Origin: Pseudomonadota bacterium
Lineage (GTDB): Bacteria; UBA10199; 2-02-FULL-44-16; JAAZCA01
Length of the DNA stretch: 34,985 nucleotides
NCBI GenBank assembly: GCA_043798915.1
Contig: JAZDOG010000077.1
Location: forward strand, 1-34,985
Reading direction: 5' to 3'
The translations under genes and the position numbers were made by a program. The notes under the pieces are model-generated. The model saw only the letters and a list, made by a program, of their open reading frames with translations. It did no database searches and was not told the origin of the DNA. Positions 1 to 7,965 of this stretch are shown here, in pieces. Each line of letters starts with the position of its first letter. The first letter of the stretch is position 1.

Positions 1-198
1 GGAGGGGAGGGTGGCGACCGCGACCTCGATCCCGGTGGATTTTTCGAACGAGGAGAGGAGCCCCTCGACCTTCGACTTCGATCCGGCGGACATCACGCCC
101 GCGAAGTCGTTCACGAAGCCGGCCGGCTTGGGAAACGCCGCAAATGCCGCAATCGGAATGATGACGGCGATGATGGCTATGAGGGCTCTTCGAAACAT
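1..198 (-). CDS. TPM (TLP18.3/Psb32/YgcG-like) domain protein, 5' part; continues off the left edge
   Basis: Not in the ORF track. The minus strand from ATG at 198 reads MFRRALIAIIAVIIPIAAFAAFPKPAGFVNDFAGVMS...EKSTGIEVAVATLPS: a signal peptide followed by the typical TPM start (G-F-V-N-D-x-A ... E-V-A-V-A-T-L-x-S). Confidence 0.8.
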   Translation of the reverse strand, partial: MFRRALIAIIAVIIPIAAFAAFPKPAGFVNDFAGVMSAGSKSKVEGLLSSFEKSTGIEVAVATLPS

Positions 199-281
199 CG
201 GGCGATCTATAACAGAAACGAAGAGAAAGGCAAGGAAGCAGGGTTGTGGCGAAAAACGAGGATGTGTTTTGCGACAATTAG

Positions 282-926
282 AATCTCGGCGTATCCAGCC
301 GGGGAGCATTCAGTTCCAAAAACGCCGCCGATTGCTGCGGACTTCAACTTGAAGCCAATGTTCAAAATAAACGCGAAAAGCACGCTGAATTCGATGGTCC
401 TAGCCAACCCGTGATCGGTATCGATTGGAACGAGGCCCGTGCCTATTGCAAGTCGATAGGCGGCGATCTCCCGAGTGAGGCCCAGTTTGAATATGCCGCG
501 AGAGGACCTCTTAAGGGCTACACACCTGGATTTGATTACGGGACCGCAAGCGGACAGCTGAACCATGAAGAGGCACACTATGGTTCCGAGACCACAGCAG
601 ATGTCTGTACGCATGGCAGAAATGGATTTGGTCTTTGCGATATGGCCGGAAATGTATGGAAATGGATGCGTGATACTTACTCGGAAAAATTTTATAGCAA
701 CATGCCGGCAAAGGACCCTGTCAATCTGACCGATGGTCCCACAAAAAGCCTTCGCGGCGGTTCCTGGGGCGGCAGCGATGACTTTGCCTCGCGCCACCTG
801 CGGGCCGCGAGTCGCAGCTTAGATGGTCCAGTTTACCGCAGCAGAGTTGTCGGCTTTCGTTGTGTTGTTCCTCCCCAGTCCGCTACTGAACTGACGGTGG
901 GCAAACTGCCGGACTCCAGGAAGTGA
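282..926 (+). pseudogene. FGE-sulfatase (SUMF1/EgtB-like, C-type lectin fold) domain fragment lacking its N-terminal part
   Basis: Motifs QPVIGIDW.EA..YC, LPSEAQFEYAARG, NGFGLCDMAGNVWKW and LRGGSW...GFRC are present. The frame is open only back to TAG 279-281, and the GTG at 411 falls inside the domain. Confidence 0.65.
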
Positions 927-955
927 TGTAGACTTATACCATCTGGTTTTTACCC

Positions 956-989
956 TTGGTCCGCCCTTGAACAGACGGACCAATTTTTT
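956..989 (+). terminator. Putative intrinsic terminator
   Basis: TTGGTCCG/CGGACCAA 8-bp stem followed by T6, 30 nt after the FGE stop. Confidence 0.5.
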
Positions 990-1024
990 ATGATGATCAA
1001 GAACTGCATAATATAGTGATGTTT

Positions 1025-1116
1025 CCCTCCCCTTTGTAAGGGGAGGGTCAGGGTGGGGTAGGCCGCTGTTTCAATGCTGATCTACCTCCCCTATCCCCTC
1101 CTTACAAAGGAGGGGG
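1025..1116. repeat. Inverted doublet of a REP-like palindromic element (copies A and B)
   Basis: CCCTCCCCTTTGTAAGGGGAGGGtcaGGGTGGGGTAG (+, 1025-1061) and an inverted copy (-, 1116-1079) reading CCCCCTCCTTTGTAAGGAGGGGataGGGGAGGTAGATC. The stem differences are compensatory. Confidence 0.85.
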
Positions 1117-1197
1117 AAGTCGGTAACGAGTTCCTTCAAGGTTCTTGATTGCAACCCCTGTCTGTGGTCTAATTGTTTGTGTGAACGGGAGGTGCTC

Positions 1198-1500
1198 ATG
1201 GCCCCGAAAATGACATGGGAAGAGATCAGGACGAGATATCCCGATCAGTGGGTGTCGCTGGCCGAGGTAGATTGTGGGGAAGACGGGGGTGTTAAATCAG
1301 GCATTGTCGTGACGGCCGGCCCGGATTTAAAATCTGTCGTTGAAAAATCGAGGAGCGGCCCTTTCGCCTCCCACCAGTTCAAGTACACAGGGGTCGTCAA
1401 AAACTTTCTCGGTTTCGCCAAATGGGATGTGGAAAATGCTGCGCCTCGCTGTAATTCGGGGGACATGAGACTTAATTCGTGCCCCGAATTCCCGAATTAA
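1198..1500 (+). CDS. DUF5678-like small protein (MTWEEI..YPDQW motif); C-terminus runs into a hairpin element
   Basis: GGAGG RBS at 1188-1192 and ATG at 1198. Clear paralog of 27872-28114 (MTWEE....YPD.W....D..E.G....G.V ... FKYTG). Confidence 0.7.
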   Translation: MAPKMTWEEIRTRYPDQWVSLAEVDCGEDGGVKSGIVVTAGPDLKSVVEKSRSGPFASHQFKYTGVVKNFLGFAKWDVENAAPRCNSGDMRLNSCPEFPN

Positions 1501-1520
1501 GTCTCGTGTCCCCCAAATTA
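1452..1520. repeat. 28-bp inverted repeat hairpin (MITE/REPIN-like)
   Basis: Arms 1452-1479 TAATTCGGGGGACATGAGACTTAATTCG and 1493-1520 CGAATTAAGTCTCGTGTCCCCCAAATTA are reverse complements with 2 mismatches. Confidence 0.85.
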
Positions 1521-1593
1521 TTCCGAATTATTCCCTAATTATTTCACCACACCATGTAACTGGACATCTGACACAACGACAGATTCCTGCAGT

Positions 1594-2856
1594 TCACTCC
1601 AGACCGAAGATGTGTCGGAAGAAGTCGAGCATGCGGTTCCTGTGTTCGGGGGCGAGGGCGCCTTTTTTGAGCGTGATGATCGGGTCGTGGAGTATCTTGC
1701 TGATGATGGAGGTCGTGCAGACGTCGACCACCTGCCTGTGCTCGGGCGGCATCTCGCCAAGGCGATCGAAGGCCCTCTCGAGTTCTTTCTTCCGGATCTC
1801 CTCGCACTTTTGCATGAGCCTTGCGATCGTGGGCTCGAGCCCCGATTCGAGCAGGGCCGCCGACGTGCGTTTTGCCTCCGCCGCGACTATCTCCTCGGCG
1901 TGAGCGACCTCCCGCCGCCTTTGATCGAGGTTTCGCTCCGCCGACTGTTTGAGATCGTCGATGTTATAAAGCGCGACGCCAGGGATCGCTCCTGCTTCGG
2001 GCTCCACATCCCTCGGTACGCCGAGGTCTATTATGACGAGCTGGCTTCGCGATGCCCCGACCCTGGAAGCGCCGATCATCGACGATGTGAGTGTCGGCGC
2101 GCCGGTCCCACACGAGGTGATGACCGCGTCGGCGTGTTCCATGAGATCGCAGAGCTTCTCCCAGGGCCCTATCTCGGCCCCGAGTTCGGATGCGAGTTCG
2201 TCCGCCTTTTTCCTGGTCCGGTTGACGAGGATGAGCTTGCCCAGCCCCCTGTCCTTGAACGTCCTGGCTGCGGAGGCCCCGACATCGCCGGTGCCGACGA
2301 TGAGGAGGGTCGGCGCATAGCGCTGGCAGACGCTCGATTCGATTAGGTCCACAGCGATCGAGCTCACCGACGTGGAGCCCAGCCCGATCCCGGTCTCGGT
2401 GCGCACGCGCTTGGCGACGAAGAACGCGCGATGCATGATCTGGTTTATGATGTTTCCGGTGCTGCCGGCGCCGAAGGCCAGCCGGTATGCGTCTTTGAGC
2501 TGGCTGAATATCTGGGGTTCCCCCACGACCATCGAGTCGAGGCTCGATGCTACGCGGAAGAGGTGGCGGACGGCGTCGCCGTTTGCGTGCGCGTACCAGC
2601 GCCCGCCGATATTCCCTGGCGCGATGGAAGTCTCATCACAGAGCGCGCGTTTGAGCCCCGGGACGACTTCGGCCGAAGCGGCCACGGCGTGGATCTCAGT
2701 GCGGTTGCACGTGGAGAGGAGGAGGCATTCGCTCACGCCCTCTGTGGCGAGGAGCCGCGCGAGGAGCCCGGCCTGTCGATCAGGCCTCACCGATATCTTT
2801 TCCCTGATCTCAATCGGGAGCGTCTTATTGCTGACGCCGGTGATTAGGTATTCCAA
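1594..2856 (-). CDS. hemA: Glutamyl-tRNA reductase
   Basis: LSTCNRTE, HLFRVASSLDSMVVGEPQI, IDLGVPRDVE and LYNIDDL motifs; 420 aa. Confidence 0.97.
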   Translation of the reverse strand: MEYLITGVSNKTLPIEIREKISVRPDRQAGLLARLLATEGVSECLLLSTCNRTEIHAVAASAEVVPGLKRALCDETSIAPGNIGGRWYAHANGDAVRHLFRVASSLDSMVVGEPQIFSQLKDAYRLAFGAGSTGNIINQIMHRAFFVAKRVRTETGIGLGSTSVSSIAVDLIESSVCQRYAPTLLIVGTGDVGASAARTFKDRGLGKLILVNRTRKKADELASELGAEIGPWEKLCDLMEHADAVITSCGTGAPTLTSSMIGASRVGASRSQLVIIDLGVPRDVEPEAGAIPGVALYNIDDLKQSAERNLDQRRREVAHAEEIVAAEAKRTSAALLESGLEPTIARLMQKCEEIRKKELERAFDRLGEMPPEHRQVVDVCTTSIISKILHDPIITLKKGALAPEHRNRMLDFFRHIFGLE

Positions 2857-2880
2857 TTTAATACTCCCTGGAATTGTTCC

Positions 2881-4077
2881 CTATGCGTTTTTTGCCGACT
2901 GAAGATTTCTGGTGAGCTCCGGCACTATCTGGAAGAGATCCCCGATCAATCCATAGTCGGCGACGCGGAATATCGGGGCGTGCGGGTCGCGGTTGATGGC
3001 GAGTATTTTGCTAGACGACTGCATCCCGACGAGGTGCTGGATCGCGCCCGAGATGCCGACGGCGATGTAGAGCTTGGGACAGACGGTCTTGCCGGTCTGG
3101 CCGACCTGATGCGCATAGCTGATCCATCCCTTGTCCACCGCGCCGCGGGAGGCGCCGACCGCGCCGCCGAGCGCCTTCGCGAGGTTCTCGATGATCTTGA
3201 AGTTGTCTCCCTTTTGGAGGCCTCGGCCTCCGGATACGATTACGTCGGCTTCGGCCAGATTCACCGCCCCCGCCAGCTCCTCGACGGAATTCAGAATCTT
3301 CACGCGGCTTTTGAGCTTCTCGCTTTCGATGCCGGCGTCGATGACTTTGCCTGAGCGATGCGGGTCGAACGGGGCCTCCTTCATCACCTTGTGGCGGACC
3401 GTCGCCAGCTGGGGCCTGAAGCGGGTGCAGAGGATCGTCGCCATGATGTTGCCGCCGAACGCCGGCCGCGTCTGCATGAGATTGCCGTCGGCGTCTATGG
3501 CGAGCCCCGTGCAATCCGCCGTGAGCCCCGTGCGGAGCCTGGCCGCCACGCGCGGGATGAAGGAGCGGCCGATGCTCGTCGCGCCGGTGAGGACGATCTC
3601 CGGCTTGTGCTCGTTCACGAGTTCCACCATCGCGGCTGCGTAGCTCTCGTCCCGGTAATGTTCCAGCTCCGGGTTGTCGACCACGTAGACCTTGTCCGCG
3701 CCGCGCGAGATGATTTCGTCCGCGCGGTTGCGGATCCCGGAGCCCATGAGAACGCCGCACAGCTCCTGCCCTCTGGTGTCGGCGAGCTTTCGCCCCTCGC
3801 CCAGAAGCTCGTACGAGACGCTCTGTACGACGCCTTTCTTCTGCTCGCAGAATACCCATACGTCGCGGTATTTGGAGAGATCGACGGCCGCCTCGCCTTC
3901 CGGTTTTTCAAAGAGGATCGCGTCGAAGGGGCAGGCTTCGGTGCAGGCGCCGCACATGGTGCACTTGTCGTAGTCGATGACGGCAGATTTGCCGGCGGTC
4001 CGGATTGCGCCGAAGGGGCATTCCTTCACACAGAGGCCGCAGCCGTTGCATTTAGCGATGAGGATTTCGATGCCCAT
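2881..4077 (-). CDS. etfA: Electron transfer flavoprotein alpha subunit with N-terminal 2x[4Fe-4S] ferredoxin domain
   Basis: Two CxxCxxCxxxCP motifs, then GLTADCT, RPAFGGN, SGGRG, QVGQTG and GISGAIQH. Confidence 0.96.
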   Translation of the reverse strand: MGIEILIAKCNGCGLCVKECPFGAIRTAGKSAVIDYDKCTMCGACTEACPFDAILFEKPEGEAAVDLSKYRDVWVFCEQKKGVVQSVSYELLGEGRKLADTRGQELCGVLMGSGIRNRADEIISRGADKVYVVDNPELEHYRDESYAAAMVELVNEHKPEIVLTGATSIGRSFIPRVAARLRTGLTADCTGLAIDADGNLMQTRPAFGGNIMATILCTRFRPQLATVRHKVMKEAPFDPHRSGKVIDAGIESEKLKSRVKILNSVEELAGAVNLAEADVIVSGGRGLQKGDNFKIIENLAKALGGAVGASRGAVDKGWISYAHQVGQTGKTVCPKLYIAVGISGAIQHLVGMQSSSKILAINRDPHAPIFRVADYGLIGDLFQIVPELTRNLQSAKNA

Positions 4078-4094
4078 ATAAAATTCCGCGCCCG

Positions 4095-4889
4095 CTAGTC
4101 GCGAGTTGCGAGCAGCGAGTCGCAGATCGTTTTGGAAATATGCGCTATGTTCTCAACCGTGCCAGCCAGCGGCTCTCCGCCTTTGCGGACCGGAGGCGAA
4201 AATATCTTCTGCACCCACGTCGGCGATCCGGCCAGCCCCAACCTGCTCGTGTCGCAATTCAAATCGGCCGGCCCCCACGTCGGTATCCGGCTTCTCCTCG
4301 CCCGCACCTTGCCGACGAGGGAGGTGTAGCGCGGGGTGTTGATCTCCTTCACGACCGTCAGGAGGCACGGGAGGGGGAGTTTCACGGCGTCGTAGCCCTC
4401 TTCGGTCATCCTCTCCACGGTGAGCGATCGTTTCTCGACCTGTTCGATTTTTTTCACGAAGGCGGCCTGCGGCAGCATCAGGTGAACTGCGATGCCAGGC
4501 CCCACCTGCGCAGTGTCGCCGTCCAGGGCCTGTTTGCCGCATATTATTACGTCGAACTTTCCGATCTTCTTTATCGCCTGCGAGAGCGTGTAGCTCGTGG
4601 CGAGGGTATCGGAACCCGCGAACGCGCGATCGGATATCAGGACCGCTTCGTCCGCCCCCATCGCCAGCGCTTCTCGCAGCGCATCCTTCGCCTGGGGCGG
4701 CCCCATCGCGATGATCCAGACCTTTCCGCCGTGCTGTTCGCGGAGCCTTATGCCCTCCTCTATCGCATAGAGGTCGAAGGGGTTGATCACCGAGCGGACG
4801 CCCTCGCGGATGAGCGTGTTAGTCTCGGGGTTGATTCTGACGTCGGTCGTGTCCGGGACCTGTTTTATACAGACTATTATCTCCATCAC
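4095..4889 (-). CDS. etfB: Electron transfer flavoprotein beta subunit
   Basis: CIKQVPD, INPFDLYAIEE, DRAFAGSDT and GKQALDGDTAQVG. Start is GTG 4889 or ATG 4886, overlapping the upstream stop. Confidence 0.96.
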   Translation of the reverse strand: MMEIIVCIKQVPDTTDVRINPETNTLIREGVRSVINPFDLYAIEEGIRLREQHGGKVWIIAMGPPQAKDALREALAMGADEAVLISDRAFAGSDTLATSYTLSQAIKKIGKFDVIICGKQALDGDTAQVGPGIAVHLMLPQAAFVKKIEQVEKRSLTVERMTEEGYDAVKLPLPCLLTVVKEINTPRYTSLVGKVRARRSRIPTWGPADLNCDTSRLGLAGSPTWVQKIFSPPVRKGGEPLAGTVENIAHISKTICDSLLATRD

Positions 4890-6526
4890 ATGCCCTTGTA
4901 ATTGGGCCCGCCTCCACCCTCAGGGGGCGCCCAGGTGATTACTTCATACGGATCCTTGATGTCGCATGTCTTGCAATGGACGCAATTTGTGGGGTTGAGC
5001 TGCAGGACTTTTTTGCCGTTTTCGTCCTCCACCATCTCGTAGACGCTGGCCGGGCAGAAGAACTGGCATGGATTGCCATACTCTTCGGCGCAGCGGCCGT
5101 TGCAGATCGACATGTCCTCGATCTTCAGATGGCAGGGCTGGTCCTCGTCGTGCTTTGTGCCGGAGGCGAAGACGCAGGAGAGTTTGTCGAACGAGACGTG
5201 TCCATCCGGCACGAATGCGGGCTTTGGGAGCGAGCTGTCCTTCTTGAGCATCCGCATGCATCGCCAATCCTCTTTGGCAGGCATGCGCTCCTTGAGGCCG
5301 CGGCCGCCGGTGATAATCTGGAGGCCGGTGTGTATCATCCCCGGGATCAACCCGTGATGATAGCCCTGATGGAAATTGCGGCGGCGCCACAGCTCTTTCT
5401 TGATGTAGCTTCCGTCGATGCGTTTTTTATAAGAGCTGAGCGCTGCGGCGCTGCAGTCGCGCTTCGTGAGGGCTTCCAGGATTGCTTCCGCGGCGAGCAT
5501 TCCGGATTTCATCGCAAGATGCACCCCTTTGAGCCTCATCGAATCCAGGAATCCCGCGGCCTCGCCGATGATGAGGAAGCCGTCGCCGTACAGGCGCGGG
5601 ACGGAGAACCAGCCGCCCTCGGAGAGCGTCTTTGCCCCGTATGCGATGAGCTTGCCGCCGCGGATCGTCCGGTCGACGAAAGGGTGCATCTTCCATCTCT
5701 GAAAGAGTTCGAAGGGATGAAGTTCCGGGGATCGGTAGTCCAGGCTCACGACCAGCCCCAGGGCCACCAGCCGGTCCTTGTGGTGATACATGAAGCTGCC
5801 GCCGAAATTTGTGAGGCCGAGCGGATAGCCCATCGTGTGCGCGACGCGGCCGGGGCGGAAATTTTCTTCCTTCACCTCCCACACTTCTTTGAGGCCTGCC
5901 GCATGGCCTTGGGGCGTGCAGCCTGAGTCGAGGCCCAAGCGCTTGATGAGCCGCTTCGTCAGATGGCCGCGCGAGCCTTCGCCGAGCACGGTCACCCTGG
6001 CCGCGACCTCCGTGGGTTCCAGATAATTTGGTTTTCGTTTGCCTTCTTTGTCGAGGCCTTTGTCTTTGACGACGACGCCGCCCACAGCGCCGGCTTCAGT
6101 CATGATGAGGTCGTCCGCCGGTTCGCCTGTGTATATCTCGACGCCTTCCCGTTCGCACTGGCCTGCAAGCCACTTCGTGAATTCGGATAAGGATACGATG
6201 TAGCAGCCGTGGTTGGACATCTGAGGAGGAACGATTGGAGACGGGATGTGGAGGCCCTTCGTCAGGAAGCCGAGCGATTCGCCCGCGACCTTCGGCCCGA
6301 AGAGGGCCATGTGTTTTTCAAAGTCGGGAAACAGCTCGGCCAGCGCGCGCGTATCCAGAGAGGCCCCGGAGAGGCTGTGGTCGCCGACGTTCGGCGCCTT
6401 CTCGAGGACGGCGATCGAGATATCCTTGAGCCCCGGGGTTTGATTCGCAAGCCTCCTCAAATGCAGGGCGCCCGAGAGAGATGCGGGACCGCCGCCGATG
6501 AAGAGGATGTCGAATTGCTGTTTCAT
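4886..6526 (-). CDS. ETF:quinone oxidoreductase (FixC/FixX-like fusion)
   Basis: GGGPA FAD motif, GLKEVW, KGVHLAMKSG, and C-terminal FCPA...NCVHCKTCDIKDP...PEGGGGPNY. Confidence 0.93.
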   Translation of the reverse strand: MKQQFDILFIGGGPASLSGALHLRRLANQTPGLKDISIAVLEKAPNVGDHSLSGASLDTRALAELFPDFEKHMALFGPKVAGESLGFLTKGLHIPSPIVPPQMSNHGCYIVSLSEFTKWLAGQCEREGVEIYTGEPADDLIMTEAGAVGGVVVKDKGLDKEGKRKPNYLEPTEVAARVTVLGEGSRGHLTKRLIKRLGLDSGCTPQGHAAGLKEVWEVKEENFRPGRVAHTMGYPLGLTNFGGSFMYHHKDRLVALGLVVSLDYRSPELHPFELFQRWKMHPFVDRTIRGGKLIAYGAKTLSEGGWFSVPRLYGDGFLIIGEAAGFLDSMRLKGVHLAMKSGMLAAEAILEALTKRDCSAAALSSYKKRIDGSYIKKELWRRRNFHQGYHHGLIPGMIHTGLQIITGGRGLKERMPAKEDWRCMRMLKKDSSLPKPAFVPDGHVSFDKLSCVFASGTKHDEDQPCHLKIEDMSICNGRCAEEYGNPCQFFCPASVYEMVEDENGKKVLQLNPTNCVHCKTCDIKDPYEVITWAPPEGGGGPNYKGM

Positions 6527-6532
6527 TCCGCT

Positions 6533-7801
6533 TTAGAAGGTGTAGACAAGATTGGAGAAGATGACATTGGCGGTCGATGTCCCGTGACCCTTGTAGGCCG
6601 TTTTCAGATATTCGTATTCGATGCCGAAGTAGAACGGCTTGACCGGGAAGAATCTGAAATTGGCGAAGAACATCTGGTTTTTGTTTACGTTTCCCGCTGC
6701 GATCTTCGAATAACCCATTTTATCTATACCATAGCCCACGGCCGTGTCGAATTTCTCATGCCACTGGCTCGTGATCTGCCCCCATGCCGCAACGCTCCAG
6801 TTTTTGAATTGGTTGCCCGTGGCATTGACGTAGCTCAGGAAGACTCCCGGGTCCTGGCCGTACTGGAACTCGCCCGAAAGTTTCAAAAATTTGTGGAACG
6901 GGATTGAAAGGCTCCCGGCCACTCCGGCCATCTTGTCATATGAGCTGTTGACGCTGTTCGCGCCGAAAAACCCGGAGAGGGCGGCGATGAAGTCGCCGCT
7001 CTTCATCTTCCTGTTGTACTGCGCCAGCGCCTCTCCCATGGGCATCCCGCTGTTGGCGCCGGTGCTGCTGACAAGGTCGTCGGTGTTCGTCGGAAGGTTT
7101 GCGCTGATCGCGACCTTCAGCTTGTTCGTGTCATCGAGCGGGGCGTTGTAGGTCAGCCTCACCTGCGGGCGTCTGAAGCCCTGGTTTCCCAGGAACCACA
7201 TATTGCCGCCGAGGCTCAAAGAGGCCGTGTTCAGCGGCGAGAAGATATCCCAGTTCTGGCCGGCGATCAGAGACCACCTGTCCGAGAAGAGATCGAGGTA
7301 GAGATGCCTGATGCGCGGGATCGGGGATGTGCCGTACGATGTCTGGTTGAGGACGTTCACGAAATCCATTTCAAATATTCCGCCCATGGAGAGCTTGTCC
7401 GACACCTTGCTCCCCTTCCAGTCGAAGCCGACGCGGCTGTTCTGCGGGGTCGCGCCAAACCAGGTGTGGCGACCGCCGGTCGCTGTCGCCTTGTCGATGA
7501 CCCTCGACTGGGCGGCGACCGAATTCAGCCCGCCGTACATCTGCGTGCGGGCCGTTCCGAGGAAGAGCTGGGCTGCGACGAAGCCGTAGAAGTCGACCGG
7601 GAATTTTGCGCCGACGGAGGTCTTCTTTTCTCCCTTGTCCTGCTTCTCCTTCTCCTGCTGATCCTTCAGATCGTCGACCTGCTTCTGCAGATTCTCGATC
7701 CTGGAATTTAAATTCTCTTTTTTCTCCTTTGCAAAAGATGGCGCCGATGTGACGACCATCGCCACTGCAACGAGGAGCACTGCGGCTGCTTTCGCTTTCA
7801 T
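6533..7801 (-). CDS. Outer-membrane porin, DcaP-like
   Basis: ATG 7801 after GGAG. Signal peptide, N-terminal coiled coil, amphipathic beta-strands (FYGFV, PRIRHLY, AGQNWDIF, RRPQVRLT) and a C-terminal Phe (LVYTF). Confidence 0.7.
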   Translation of the reverse strand: MKAKAAAVLLVAVAMVVTSAPSFAKEKKENLNSRIENLQKQVDDLKDQQEKEKQDKGEKKTSVGAKFPVDFYGFVAAQLFLGTARTQMYGGLNSVAAQSRVIDKATATGGRHTWFGATPQNSRVGFDWKGSKVSDKLSMGGIFEMDFVNVLNQTSYGTSPIPRIRHLYLDLFSDRWSLIAGQNWDIFSPLNTASLSLGGNMWFLGNQGFRRPQVRLTYNAPLDDTNKLKVAISANLPTNTDDLVSSTGANSGMPMGEALAQYNRKMKSGDFIAALSGFFGANSVNSSYDKMAGVAGSLSIPFHKFLKLSGEFQYGQDPGVFLSYVNATGNQFKNWSVAAWGQITSQWHEKFDTAVGYGIDKMGYSKIAAGNVNKNQMFFANFRFFPVKPFYFGIEYEYLKTAYKGHGTSTANVIFSNLVYTF

Positions 7802-7854
7802 TGGTTCTCCCTTTCCTGGCCCCGATTGCCTCACGGCCCTGATTTGAGGTGGGG

Positions 7855-7883
7855 CTGATAACTCGGAGGCAGGTCTCTGTCAA
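7855..7883 (-). promoter_or_regulatory. Putative sigma70 promoter for the porin-ETF-hemA operon
   Basis: Minus strand TTGACA (7883-7878), 17-nt spacer, TATCAG (7860-7855). Confidence 0.4.
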
Positions 7884-7965
7884 CAATTCTTACACCCGGA
7901 TACCTTCCTTGACTTTTTGCGCGGGCTGCAGATAAATGCGCGGACTTCCCAAAGGAGCGCTTGAG

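Noticed and set aside
11..352. 113-aa plus-strand ORF and the 207-797 minus-strand ORF
   Set aside because: Shadows of the TPM gene (minus strand) and the FGE fragment (plus strand).
7802..7875. Moco riboswitch-like leader (CTCCGAG...GGAAAGGGAG on the minus strand)
   Set aside because: It lacks the CCUCCC element, and its 5' half lies within the predicted promoter, so it would not be transcribed. An Rfam scan would settle this.
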